Shown: positions 43,879 through 58,199 of the stretch, one piece after another
How the letters are laid out: each line of letters starts with the position of its first letter
Numbering within the stretch: position 1 is the stretch's first letter
NCBI RefSeq assembly: GCF_009914755.1
Contig: NC_060945.1
From: the human T2T-CHM13v2.0 reference genome, Homo sapiens
DNA length: 64,000 nucleotides
Direction: 5' to 3' (one strand)
Made by a program: the position numbers and the translations under genes
The notes under the pieces: model-generated
Database searches by the model: none
The model's input: the letters and a program-made list of their open reading frames with translations, nothing else
Told to the model about the DNA's origin: nothing

Positions 43879-44091
43879 GAAGAAGAAGAAGAAGGAGAAG
43901 AACAAAGAAGAAGAAGAAGAAGAACAAGAACAAGAACAAGAACAAGAAGAACAAGAACAAGAAGAACAAGAACAAGAAGAAGAAGAAGAAAGAAAAGAAG
44001 AAGAAGAAAGAAGAAGGAAGAGGAAGAGGAAGAAGAACAAGAGGAAGAAGAAGAAGAAGAAGAAGAAGAAGAAGAAGAAGACGACGACGAC
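43877..44091. repeat. Compound purine-rich microsatellite (GAA)n/(GAACAA)n/(GAG)/(GAC)n
   Basis: Seen directly, ~215 bp, no T on + strand. Confidence 0.97.
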
Positions 44092-44907
44092 AGGGGCCTG
44101 AGCTAGAGAAAGACTGGGTGTCTGGAGAAGAAAGGCTCTCTTCTCCTGTATATAGGCTGTCACACTGCACATTCTCCTGTGATTTCAGTTCTTTTCCCCA
44201 GGTAAGAGGGGACTAAAAACTTCAGAACAGACCCCCTTAGCCTACAGCTACCATCACATACTTTTCACTCACTTATAAACATACTCCTAGGAGGTATTAA
44301 TGTGGCCATGCCCCTCCCAGGAGTAAGTACCACCCTTAGGAATCCCATCACAGTGCCTTCTCTTCTAGTTTCTTGCCAAAAACCTACACAAGTGCCTATA
44401 GGTCTCCTAGTATAATTCTACCCTCAGACACTGAATCTGCAACAGCAACCTGTTCTCTCCACCACCTGTTAATAATCTCAACTGCCTGCACGGACACAGG
44501 AATAATTCTGAGTATAGCCCCTTCTAGACCATTATCTTTAACACAAACCAGTCTGTCCACCTACCTTTTACTGTCCTCCACTCATGGATTTTTGGTGGCT
44601 CCTTTCTGTTTTCTACATTTTTCCCCACAGTTTCTCTTTTACGTGTACACAGTGTGTCCAGGACCACCCATTAGATACCTAAATCCAGTGTGTACTGAAA
44701 TTCAGATGTCTGGAAGTTCAAGATCATGTCCTTAATCCAGCTGTTGCTTTTCTTTAAAAAGCATTTAGCCTACATGTACATTTTTGTTTGCTTTTTTGAA
44801 ATACACACATATATATAAATTATTTTAACAGCTAAATAAAACTTACCTTTTTTTCTTTTTTTTGACTCAGGATTCTCTTTATCTAGGACCTGAGAACCAC
44901 CACTTTG

Positions 44908-46588
44908 TTTTTGCTTTTGATTTGGCAAAGTTTTTTTTTTTCCATTTTCAGTCTTTTAAAGTAGACACAGATTTGTTTAGAATGATAAAGCTCACTTTAA
45001 GATCACACAAAAGTTGAGCACAAAGGATAGGATTCAATTCAGCAATACAGAGTAATGAAGAGTAAAAGATACTAAGTTTCTCCAACAGAAAACTAATCAT
45101 CCAAGGCGATTATATCAAAGGTGATAATATCTGGAGCCTAAAGTATTTAACACTGCAAAAGCTAGAACTGTTAGTGTATAAACTGAGCAGTGGAATTTTT
45201 AGCTGTGCTTTGGTTTCTACTTATTACTTCAGAAAAATTAGCATAGTTTTGTTTAGTCTTTAGTAGACAACATGCATCCATGTAAATTAAACAGTATTTT
45301 CTACAATTGTGTGAATATAAGGCCACAATATTTATTTTGAATAAACTTCTTAAATAGTAATTTTAATATTAATGTTATTAATTTGTTTGAAATATAAAGT
45401 ATTATAACTTTAAGTTTATATAACTTTATTATAAGTATTAATTTGTTTGAATTAAGTTTATATAACTTTAATATAAGCATTAATTTGTTTGAAATATAAA
45501 GTATTATAAAATATTGTAATTAAGCTTACAGATAATTTTTAAAATATATACATTATGACTAATATACCAAAATTATTTATATGTACACATTTATATTTAA
45601 TACCCAAAGAAAATTTACTACCACATTGCTACAGTAGATATTAACCTGACATGTTTATTAATTGATCCTATAGGTATAATTATAGGTCAGCATAATTTTA
45701 CAGTCTATTCTTTTATTTTACTAAATTAGGAATGCCACTATTCCCGGACAAATAAATGCAGGTGATGTGGCCACCCAAGAATCATAGTAGCTCTTCAGTT
45801 AGCTATCTTGCAATCTCTGATATAATTCTACTATGTGAATAGAGTGAATTCCAATTCTTCATCAAAAAGTGCTGGTGGAGGTTGTCAGGTGTGTTCCAGT
45901 ATAGATTCCCAATCCAACGGCCGGCAGATGGGAGAGCAGCAGAGATGGAAATTCTGCTCAGAATAAGCCCTCTTTCTCATAATACTTGTATTTCTCATGC
46001 TGAGAGTAGCTGTGCACTTTTGGTGTTTAGAGAAGAACTTCTTTGGAAGAATATTTTCTGGTCAATTTGACCAATGTTACATGTAATCTGAATTTGTCTT
46101 TAAGATTCTTTCAACCTCTTTTCTTCTCTCAATACGGTTTTACTCAGACTGAGAGCTGTCTTTCTCTTCAATGCTTTGGGAATTCAGTGCTTTGTGTCTA
46201 AGCCCTATTAGTATCACATGGTGTCTGTGAGTGAGGGGGGCTGTCACCGTGAGAACTCCTGGAGCTGCTCTATCTAGATCCATGCTATGTATCCAGCAAT
46301 ATTCTTTTTGTGTCAGTATTATAAATAGAAACTGAGGCTGAAACATTGCTCCCGTTTCCCTTATTGCAAAAGTGCAATTCTACCCAAGAGCCCTGCAGGC
46401 TCTCCTCCTGCAGCTCAGGGACCCCGCTCTGTAATGTAAAATGTGGGGACCCCACTCTCTAATGTAAAATGTGAGCTGCCAGCTGTGGGCTGTGCCTCAG
46501 TGGTAGATGGCAGGGTTTGGGAGAGGACACAGGCCACCAGGAGAGGGCAAGCAGAATTGCTGCAGCCCAGGGCTTAGTGAGTAGGGAT
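44908..46588 (-). pseudogene. BNIP3P41: BNIP3 processed pseudogene (probably BNIP3P41)
   Basis: Minus strand 46437-45862 follows the intronless BNIP3 CDS ([14 protein letters not shown]...EEKDSSQSE...[24 protein letters not shown]); long 3'UTR to a T-rich end ~44908-44941; TSD-like CCACCACTTTG / CCATTGCTTTG; ATG lost; frameshifts. The P41 number is recalled, not verified. Confidence 0.88.
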
Positions 46589-46613
46589 CCATTGCTTTGA
46601 AATATAAATAGCC

Positions 46614-47041
<428 letters not shown>

Positions 47042-47173
47042 CTAAGTTGCAAAACTGCCTCCTATCATGATGTTGGAAGTTTATTTTTTCTTTGCATATA
47101 ACCAACCAGCATACACAGAAGGAGTCCCCAATTACCAGGTGAGTTTAAGATGAACTATGTATAACAAATGGTT

Positions 47174-47757
47174 TGTACAGAAGGGAGGCAGGAGAATGGG
47201 GTATGGAGGCAGAGAACTTAAGGCCAATTTGTGCTGACTTCCTAAAAGAAAAAACACCAAGGTCTGGAGGCAGGAAACCTAAGGCCAATTAAGACAAACT
47301 TCCAACAGCTAAACCAAAAGAAAAAGTCCCATCTCCCCACACCTGAATAGCAAAGGATCAAAGGCTACTGTCCCTACAACCCTCCCCTTTCTACCACTTC
47401 TCAGGTAGAAAGGGAAAGTGCCTTGGAGTGGCTGCAGGCCAAGCACCTGCATTCCTTCATCCGCATAGCGTGCCAATTCTCCTAAGCCTTTAATTAGCCA
47501 CAGACCAAATCCTTAATCCATATCAGTGGTAGCTGATAGGGACCTCAAAAGGAGTACTAAAAACCCAGAAAACTTCGTAACTGGGTCCTTGAGCCACTTG
47601 CTCAAGCCCATACCCACCCTATTTCTTACCTTAATAAATTTCCGCTTTTGATGCTTCCTCCCTCTGTTTTGTTCCTTTGTTACTTTGTGCATTTTGTTCA
47701 ATTCTTTGTTGCCAAGGACCTGGACAACTCACACTCACGGCCTTCGTTCTGGGAACA
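47174..47757 (+). mobile_element. ERV1 solo LTR (family uncertain)
   Basis: TG...CA ends, internal tandem GGAGGCAG..AAC.TAAGGCCAATT, AATAAA ~47633. Confidence 0.65.
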
Positions 47758-48037
47758 GAAGTGCAGTTAGATGTGGATGCATGTGATTGGTGCTTAAACT
47801 CACAGTGCCCCACACCAAAGGAGAAAAACACATAGTTACAGCCTGTGTGTCCAAATTAAGTCCAGATTAGGTCCAAGGACAAATAGCAAAACAAGAAGAT
47901 TGCCTTTAATCTTTTCCCTCCACTTCTAAACTCTGGAGGACAAGGCTGTGAAGAGATCTGAAGACATGGTGTTCTCTGCTTGTGTGGCCCCAACATTCTT
48001 TGTTTGCTGTCTGATATTTGAAAGGAAGAGGAACCTT

Positions 48038-48655
48038 TGATAGAGGAGGCAGTCGGACGCTGGTTAGGCAGATAGAGAGAGGGCCTGGGGAGAGGAAAAA
48101 CACGTGTGGGACCGCACCTGCACCACATCTGTAGCTAGCAGGAAGAAATGTGGTTAAGAACTTCCTCTTATGCCAGGATGTTGCTCCAAAGGGACTGTCC
48201 CAACTTAGCACAGGCGCAATAAATCAACCCAAATGTCCTTAACTTGACCCAGCTCATTATAAGGTCATTAACATGACATTAGCATTGTGGTTTTGGCTCT
48301 CCTCGTGTAAGTTTCGCTTAGGCACTCATGGGTAATAACCAAAATGGAGTCACTGTGGCCAATCCCAGGCATGCGCAGATGCAACACCCTTAGTGAGGAA
48401 CTTTACCCCTCCCATTTGGGCAGAACCCACAGAAGACATACTTGTTCTTGCCACATAAAAGACCCAGACTTCAGCCTCATTTCTGGCAACCTGCTTTCAG
48501 GTCCCCTCTTGCTTCTGAGAGCTTTCCTTTTGCTTAATAAATCCTACTCTGCCTTGCTCACTCTCTGGTATCCGTGTGCTTCATTCTTTTTGGTCGTGGC
48601 ACAAGAGTCCCGACCTGGCTGAACCGAGGAGACCACCACACCTCCACCAAACAGC
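48038..48655 (+). mobile_element. ERV1 solo LTR (MER61-like)
   Basis: TGATAGAGGAGGCAG...TAGGCAGATAG start; CATAAAA; AATAAA ~48536. Confidence 0.65.
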
Positions 48656-48837
48656 AACTGGGAAACCGTGGTCTTCACGTGGATACTCTCAGCTTGCAGC
48701 CCCTGCTCTCTCTAGGGGCACTGTCCCACCCACCCTTGAGCCTGAGGAGAAAAGTTGGTAGAGAGGCTGGTCCCTTACTTCCAGCAGAAAAGAGGTGTTC
48801 AGGCCCTCACTTCCCTAAGGGAAGAGAGCCCTCATGG

Positions 48838-49150
48838 CTGCGCTCAATGTGGCAGCCACCTGCCATATGTAGCTACTGGGTACCTGGAATGTGACTGGTT
48901 TGAAGTAAAATGTGCTGCAAACATAAAATACACAGTGAGTTTAGAAGAATTAGATCAGAAATACATAAAATACACAGTGAGTTTAGAAGAATTAGATCAG
49001 AAATATACTTTATTTCTAATTATATATCAATCACATATTAAAACAATATTTTGATACAATGAGTTAAAAATTATTACAAACAACTTCACTCTTTAAATAT
49101 TATTTTTGACGTGGCTAATAAAAACGCAAAATTCACAAATTAACATTTTA
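48838..49150 (+). mobile_element. MER3/MER33-like hAT fossil with a perfect 42-bp tandem duplication (48921-49004)
   Basis: GCAGCCAC...CATATGTAGCTACTG...ACATAAAATACAC motifs; duplicated unit ACATAAAATACACAGTGAGTTTAGAAGAATTAGATCAGAAAT. Confidence 0.65.
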
Positions 49151-49399
49151 TTTTTTAAAGGATTGCTTCCCTCTTAAAATCTCAGGTGTCCTACTCAAAA
49201 GACTAGCGGCCAGAAGGGTTATGAAATCTAAAATATTAAAATAATTGTCATTATATCACTTCCGTTTGTGAAAAAGTGTGTGTGCATGCATGTGTGCATG
49301 CGTGTGTGTGCGCGCGTGTGTGTGCGCGTGTGTGTGCACGTCTGTGTGTAAGTGTATTTTACAAGTGGACATAACCTTACACACAACAAGGTTAAAAAA

Positions 49400-50450
49400 A
49401 ACACCCCTGGGTTGCGTCAGGCCAAGCCGGGAGAGAAAGCCCCGCCTGAAAGGGCCTGGAGGCCCCAGCCTGTCACTCTTGCCACATCAGTGGAGTGTAT
49501 GGTTGCAAATTCTGTTACTCAAGGCCCGAGGGCGGGGATTGGAGTAATATCCAATCAGAGTGTCGGAATGAGAACTGCCCAATCAGGCCCGCAGCCAGAG
49601 AGGAGGGGTTGGCTTCCGGGATCTGGCGCGGCGTTTTCCTCTGGCTCCTGCGAGGGCTTGGTTTAGGGCTTCAGCTCTCTGCGTTCTCGGCTCCGGGAGG
49701 CCTCGGTGATTCAGCCACAGCCTCTGCCTCCCGTTGCTCTGTGACCTGAGGGTATTGGACAATTTGTAGCTAAGACTCCCGGATACCCTGAAGTCGGGAA
49801 ATGGTGAGTGTGCGGGGCAGGGCGTCCGGAGGCTGGGGAGGCCTCATCGGAACCGGCGGGAAATGGCGGCGGCGGGACCGAGTCTGCGAACGGAGTCCCC
49901 GCTGCCGCCTCTCAGCCCTCAGTCCCCTCCGGTGACGGACCGGGCTCCTGTCGGTCCCCGCACGGCGGCTCTGGCCCAGCCTGCGGCCCTCCTTGTGCAG
50001 TTCTGCGCCCGCAGCCCCGCACCTTCCCTGGGCCGTGGGGTGAGGAGGAGCTCATCTGGAAGACGCCGGCGCCCGCGTGCGAGGTGCCCGCCTGGGAGGA
50101 GCTGTGGTCCGGGGGTCCGGTCCCTACTTTACCCTGTTCGGAATGAGATCGAGGCCCCATCGAAACAAAGTTCATGTGAGCAAACGGGGTCTCATTAATG
50201 GGACAGCGTCGGCCGCGGCTCCTGGTTTGGGGACTGCCAGCGGGTCTTGAAGGAAAGGCTTTTGTGAGGTGTGTGAGCAAGCGAAGCAAATCACCCGCCC
50301 GCTCCAACTATTCCACCAGTCCCTTTGCCCTGTGCACCTCCTCCGCGTGGCTGTTCCTGAGTAACATCTTTTAGAATACGCTGGTGTCGGTGCGCACGGC
50401 GCTTCTCAGTTCTGTGAGTAGTTCTGCCACATTGCTGAACTTGAGGGTGT
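49400..50450 (+). promoter_or_regulatory. ZNF595: CpG-island promoter of ZNF595
   Basis: High GC and CpG density; GC box GGGCGGGG ~49530; CCAAT boxes at 49538 (reverse), 49551, 49579; ETS-like CTTCCGG ~49613; YY1-like AAATGGCGGC at 49861. Confidence 0.88.
49801..49803 (+). CDS. ZNF595: ZNF595 exon 1 coding part (ATG only)
   Basis: GAAGTCGGGAA-ATG|GTGAGT, the exon-1 end typical of ZNF91-family KRAB-ZNF genes; in frame with exon 2. Confidence 0.9.
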
Positions 50451-50882
50451 GGGCGCCCCTGGTTTGTAGACAGGCGTTCAGAAATGAAGACGGGTGTCCA
50501 GAGGCAGGGACTGGCGTCTGCAGCGGGAGCAGTTGTGGGAAGAGCGCTGAGCTTGTGGGGTCTGCGCTGACTCTGGGTGGTGTCGTTAGTGAGTTGCTGG
50601 ACACCGCGTTGGGGTTGGAGCATTGACTGGTGTTGAGGAAACTCCGCACGTTTTCTGTCAGAAGAAAGACATGGCTGAGCCTGGGCTGGAGAAAGATGCC
50701 TGGTGTCTGCGGGAGGCGCGGCCGGGTTCTGCATATGTGCTGTCCCGCTGGGCACTGTCCTTTTCCTCCAGGTCTCCTTCCGGGGAGAGAGGGGACCCAG
50801 AACAAAGAGGAAAGGAGTTCTGAGAAACATCCCTTCCCTGCACCCTGCTGCCAGCCCCCACCCAATGCTAGTCCACTCCTGA

Positions 50883-51515
<633 letters not shown>

Positions 51516-54500
51516 TGATAGCTCCTTTCTCTTCTGCTTTTTCCTCCCCCACAAATTCTCTTTTCTGTGTACACGGTGTGCCCAAGTCCATCCCTCAGGT
51601 GCCTATGAGAATTCAGACGTTAGTGAGTTCGAAACCAGGCCTTTTGGCCTGGCTGTTGTAGGAGCAAACACAAATTAGAAGAGGCTTAATGCTTTCTCTT
51701 TAGAACGAGGGAAGAATTTTTGCTCTTCTCCTTTTTCTTAAAGCATTTAGTTTGAGAACTTTTATATTTAAATATTTTCTCTGCTTCTTTGAAATATATG
51801 TAAATCATTTTTATCAGTTAAATAGGTCATTTGTCTTTTTTGGCTCAAAATTGTCTTCATCTGGGACCTGGGAACTATTGCTTTGAAATGTAAATAGCAA
51901 GAATATACACCCTATTTCACAGTTTCTGTAGGGGACTAGGAGGCTGCCTTCAGCAGGTACCTAGCTCCACATTGCAAATCTACATCCTGTCACGAAGATG
52001 TGGATGTTTATTTTTTCTTTAATGATTAGAAAAAATTAGAAAACCCAGATGACCTCTCAAATTACATGATGAAATTATAATAAATTGTGTATGACAAATG
52101 GTGCTTTCAAGGCTTCTACTTGAGAACTAATTATGGTGACTTTCTGTGTTTGCATTTTCTTAGATTGCTTGTGATGCACATCATATTTTGGTTTAATTAT
52201 ACAACAAAACATTTTCTTGCAGTTCTGTTACTGTGGAGACTTTTTTAGGATTGCAGATGATTTTGCTTTTAGTTATATTTTCCACACACTGTCCAGAATT
52301 ACCAGATGTTATACACAAAATGTCGAGCAGACTTCACTTGAGAAAACATTCTTTCTCAGGATTCCAGTCACAACCTGCAATTGTGTGGCAAAGTGCAGCA
52401 AAGTATTTCCTAAATCTGCAAACAGAATGGTCTCTCTCTTGGCATCTACAGTCCTTTCTAGAGCAGTTAAATTTCTACAAAAATAACTTTTCAGGACAGC
52501 AGTCAGTTATTTCACCGCCTTCAGTGCTCCTGGCATCTTCCGTTCTGACACTGATTTCAGAGATATGGGGCCCATAAACCTAACCAGATTCACACATACG
52601 CATCGATTAAACCTGAGAAATTCTGCTCCCTCCCACCTCCCCTTGCCCACATGCCCACAAACATTTGGCATGGGCCACATTGTGGCCCACAAACATAGCT
52701 CACCAGCCCTCCAAGACCTAAATGTGCAGTTCCAAATTCTGAATTTATGTCCTGAGATTTGATAAAAGAACTTTTATTTGAGAAATACAAGTTTTTAGAT
52801 TTATCAGACCCAGAGATGTGTTAAAATGAGACCACACTCACATACTGTTCTCCTCCTTGAACTATTTGTCTTTTGAAATTGCTTGCTATTGCCACAAGTG
52901 GCTGTAAATTAACCTAATAATGCCACACTGGACACTATGACCCATACCCTATAGCTTAACTATGTATATGGCCAATCACTAACCAATGTTACTTCTATAA
53001 ACCAATAAGAATTTCTGACACCTTTCTATCAATCTCCTCTCTGACTTCCTTTTTGCCTGTAAAAATATGCTTGTAACTGCTTCTAATTGGAGTGTATATT
53101 CAGGGCAACTTTATACTCCAGGATTGCAGTCTTCAAGCTTTGGCTCAAATAAACTCTCTACTTATGTTTACCCCAGCTTTTTCCCTTTAGCTCAAAATAT
53201 TCTTTAGAATATGTTGAAGGAGGCTTCATGAGAAGGTCTTTCCTCTGATTTTACTCTGTTTCCTGTAACTCAAGAATGCAGCACACATTGATCTCACCTA
53301 GAATCTGCACATAAAAGCTGGCTTCTGCCCAGGATTCACAAGACAGGGCCAGACTTTGGGTTGAAGAGATACAGAAAAGTCACAGAAGGTGTTTTCTGCA
53401 TCATGAGAGGTCAGCATAGACATAAGCCCCACTTTCAGAGTGGAGCCCTTTGAGTTTTCCAGATCTTGTCCAGTGACCTGCTACAGCTGAGTAAGAGGCT
53501 TCTGGTGGGAACACAATACTGTGGCAGAATCTGTAAGTGTAAACAAGCACCTTAGCAGTGGGAAGTCAAGGCCACTAAATATCCAGAGCCATAATGCCAA
53601 CTATGCCTCCCTGTGTTACTGGAGTAGAGTACTTTTTTCCTTCGCCTACCTCAGAGTTAGCTGATCAGGGACAGGGGATATCACATCCAGATCCAGGATC
53701 TGCAGCTCCATCAGGGCAGTTCCATTTTCTGTTTGCACCCCAGAAAGCCTGAGTCTCCTGCCTGGATCACTATGGGGGCATCAGCCCAGGGTCACTGGGG
53801 ACACTCTCAGCAGCATCAGTGAGTATTTGAGACATTTGAGGATGTCCTGTGCAGACTGGGTCAGTGTTTCATATGGACATTAGAAAAAGAGATGAAATAG
53901 TCGTGGTCCCTACCATCAAGGAACTTGCATTCTAGAGCACATTAATAAATGATTGAATTCAGCGTCATGTATTCAGTACAAAGATGAAAACTGTACAGGA
54001 GACTTAAGCTTCGTTTGGGTTACTTCCCTTTTATTGTTTTGTGAGTTTTGATACCACCACCTGCATGGCTGTTTATGGACAGAAGAGAAGTCATTATTTG
54101 TATTGTTTTTGCCTTGCTAAGAATAAATATTTAACTTCAAATATAATTGGTCTGGAAAAACAAAGGGTTTTGGTTAAATTCCTTGTTATTGTATGTTATA
54201 GATGGGGAAGTGGCAAAATAGATAAAAATTACACAAACTCTGGGAATCAAATTTCTTTTGGGCAGGCTTAGAAAAGACAAAACTGAAACTACTTAGTGGC
54301 CTAGAGAGCAGAAGCCTAGGGCCCATTTTCTGTCCCAACTTTGCCCAGATCCCCCCTCTACTGAACCTTGTCCAGGTCTGACCCCACACTGAAATACCTC
54401 ACAGAACTGCTTAGAGAAGATCAGAGTTTGGAGTAGCTATTCCTACTGCCTCTCCAGAGCTGGTGCTCCCAATTTCCTGAAACACAAAAGCTGATAAATG

Positions 54501-55704
54501 GAGAAAGGCAATGTACTTTGAATTTAATGTACTTAAATTATTTTATGTAAAATTAAAACCAGTATTTCTAGAGACATCCCATCCAGCAACCTGTTCTCCA
54601 TCTTTGCAGTTTCAGTGGATTTTTCACAAGTCTCAAAGTAACTATAAACACAAAAATAAAAAATTCCCGAATTGTACTTAAAACTTTCTTCTGTGTCTCT
54701 CCCATTTATCTACATTGAGCTATTATTCTATATATTTTTTAAAAATCAATGATAGGAAAACAGAAGAAAAAATAGAAATGCTGGGCCCTGCATTTAAATC
54801 CTGGGAAGTATCACACACTTTGTACCCACCTCCCAGGATGCTGTGAGAATTAACACACATAATGTGAGCTTCCCAGCACAGTGCTCTGTGACATACTCCT
54901 GAGCACATAGTACATGCTCCACAAATATCACATTAATGCATGTGGATGTGCTGTTTTTCAAATGCAGACTTACTCAGACATTGCCACCATCTCCAGCCTC
55001 TGTAACCTTTAAAGGGCTTGCAGATAATGCCACGTTTCAGGATGTTGATTGCTGGTCTTGTCTTCGGATGAAAAGTATTTGTGTTGTGATAAGGGTGTTG
55101 GGATAAGGGACTCTGCGTGCTGTGTCTGCTTTCTCTAGCTGAGTGGTACTATAACGGGTCTAGGAGGAGCATGAGCATTAATGGGAGACTTGGCTATAAA
55201 AAGCTGATTAATGGACCCTTTTCAAACCTGCAGAATTTTGTTACTTACAGTGAGGCCTAGAATACCAAATTTATGTGCACATTGAAGCTTGAGAGGCAAT
55301 GTTTAGCTAAGTGACTCTCAGCCCAGTCTTCCAGTAGGATCACATGGCAGTTTGAAGAGAAACAGTCACCTGTTCCCTCCCCACAGATCCTGTTAAGTTT
55401 CTTGTGTGACATTACAGTGAGGCCAGGGTCAAGCATGAGGGCTTCCAGTTACTTTAATGAGACGTGAGTTCACCCTTTGTTCAAGGAGGTCACAGGACCT
55501 GCTTTGCTTGGTTTTGGTAGGGACAGATCAGTGTAGCCCATATTTCCATTGCAGCAACAAAAATTGCTGGCATGCCCTCCTTTTTCTTCAGAATTATACA
55601 ATACTTTAGATAACATTACTGTGTTAAAAGTTATTTTATCAGATAATTCCAGTCAGCCCCATAAGTCACAACTAGTTCTCTGATTTCACTTATAGTCAAA
55701 TTAA

Positions 55705-55884
<180 letters not shown>

Positions 55885-56346
55885 TAATTCCTAATACTTC
55901 CTCAGAGTTTCATTTTCTTTCTTTGCAGAATGTCTCTTGGGTGCTTCTGCTTTGCATTAATTAATTTCAGTGCCTTTCTACAAGAAAAAAATTGGGATTT
56001 GCTGGTGTAAAAAGAAAATCTTTAGGATGTTTCATCATTGCATAAACCATCTCTTTTCTTGAGCTAATTTGTGTCCTTCACTCTAGGATAGTAGTAATTC
56101 TAGAAATTCAGTGATGTAAAATATTGTTTTCCACATCTAAAATCTAATTTGCACCACTTATTTTTGATTCAGTAGTACTGGGTAGTGGAACTTAGAACCC
56201 ACAGATTTAAAATATTTCAGTATTCTAAAGATTCTGTCAGGAAACAATTTTTGGATTAATTTTCTGGAGTCTTCCATAATTTCTTTATTCTACTTAGCAT
56301 AGTAATAGATTGGTCATTGGAGTATCCCCAGCAATAGTCATGTTAA

Positions 56347-56466
<120 letters not shown>

Positions 56467-56923
56467 TGAGACTGAATGAAGGAGAGGACACAGGCTAGGA
56501 GGCCAGAGGTCAGGAAGGAAGCCAGGCCTTCAAATGTAGTCTGGGAAACTGCGCCAATAAAAATAATTTCCGAAAAGGCTGCATTTTTTCTCTTATTCAC
56601 AAATAGGGTCATCTTCTGTCCCATGCTCTTAAATCTTCTAAGAATTTCCTTTTTTTCTTCAGTGATCTCCAAGTTTACAAGGAGAGCCAATGTCCACTTT
56701 ATCGCTTATAATGGGCTGCATAATCTGACTGCTGTTCCATTGCTTTTAGTGACATAGGAGTATTTGTATTATTGAGGACCTCTATGTTAAAGTATTTTTT
56801 CAAATATTATTTTCACATCATGCCTAAAATACGTAAGGTGAGTAGTGGACATAATGGGATTTGGTTTAGAAATCTTAGGAACACCGAGGACAGATGTTGC
56901 ATCTTTTCTGCTTAGTGATTTTT

Positions 56924-57015
56924 TTTTTTAATTATACTTTAAGTTTTAGGGTACATGTGCACAATGTGCAGGTTAGTGACATACATATACATGTGCCATG
57001 CTGGTGTGCATCACC
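56924..57015 (-). mobile_element. Extremely 5'-truncated young L1PA (~90 bp)
   Basis: Reverse L1 3' terminus; TSD CTGCTTAGTGATTTTT at 56908-56923 and 57016-57031. Confidence 0.93.
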
Positions 57016-57221
57016 CTGCTTAGTGATTTTTAATCCTGTAGAGGTTGCAAATGTAATTCTACAAAAACTCTTACTCAGCAATTTTATCAGAACAATAAGC
57101 GTTTTTCCAAATATGAAAAAATATGTTATTTTACTTCAAAATGTTATTTTGTATAAACTGAAATTTGTAATTTGAACTCTATATATATTCAAATTTTCAA
57201 ATTACAATATAGTTTACAGCA

Positions 57222-57422
57222 CAGGTTTTCAAACTCTTGGCTTCCCTGGGCCACATTGGAAGAAGATTTGTCTTGGGACACACTTAAAATTATAAAATAC
57301 ACAAACAGTAATGATAGCCGATGAGCTAAGAAACAAGAAATAGGTTTGTGAATAATTTTTTTGATACCCATCACCACAGATAATCAAAAACGTCCTCACA
57401 CTCAAAGGATTGGATACCACTG
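57222..57422 (+). mobile_element. MER30-like hAT fossil
   Basis: TTGGCTTCCCTGGGCCACATTGGAAGAAGA..TGTCTTGGG..ACAC, ATGATAGCCGATGAGCT. Confidence 0.75.
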
Positions 57423-57452
57423 GTTTAAAGTATCTACTCACCTTCTAGATTT

Positions 57453-57745
57453 CTTTCTTTCTTTCTTTTTTTTTTTTTTTGAGACGGAGTCTTGCTCTGT
57501 CACCAAGGCTGGAGTGCAGTGGCGTGACCTCGGCTCACTGCAACCTCTGCTGCCCTGCAGCCTCCACCTCCCGGGTTCAAATGGTTCTTCTGCCTCAGCC
57601 TCCTGAGTAGCTGGGATTACAGGTGCCCGCCACGGGGTTTCACCATGTTGGCCAGGCAGGTTTTGAACTCCTGACCTCAAGTGATCCGCCCACCTCTGCC
57701 TTCCAAAGTGCTAGAATTACAGGCCTGAGCCACCGTGCCTGGCCC
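57453..57745 (-). mobile_element. AluS with internal deletion and small duplication
   Basis: Reverse Alu lacking the central A-rich linker; flanking CCTTCTAGATTTCTT repeats. Confidence 0.92.
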
Positions 57746-58199
57746 GCCTTCTAGATTTCTTAAATGCACTATGTCATTAACCGGCTTAGAACATTCCTAA
57801 GTGTATATTAAGCTCTCAATTGTTACCTTATTTCTTGATAAACTATTATCTTATAATTTTGTCTTATTTAGTAGGAAGCCTCCTGGGATTCTATCATTGA
57901 GCTATAATCCATCTATATGTAGAACTGTGTGTCACACACACATACACATACCTATATGAGTCATATATGTGTATAGGAAATTCTCGCTTAACATCATTGA
58001 TAGGTTCTTGGAAACTGTAAGTAAAGCAACATATTGTTTAAGAAAACTAATTTTACCAGAGTTTAATAAATAAAAACAAGTTATGTTTGAATGGCATGTA
58101 ACAACATTGTTTCATTTAAAGATGCAGTTTTCAAGAATCTATTTTGAACATTAAATGAGGACTTAACATACATCTGTGTTTGTGTGATACGGATTTTTC

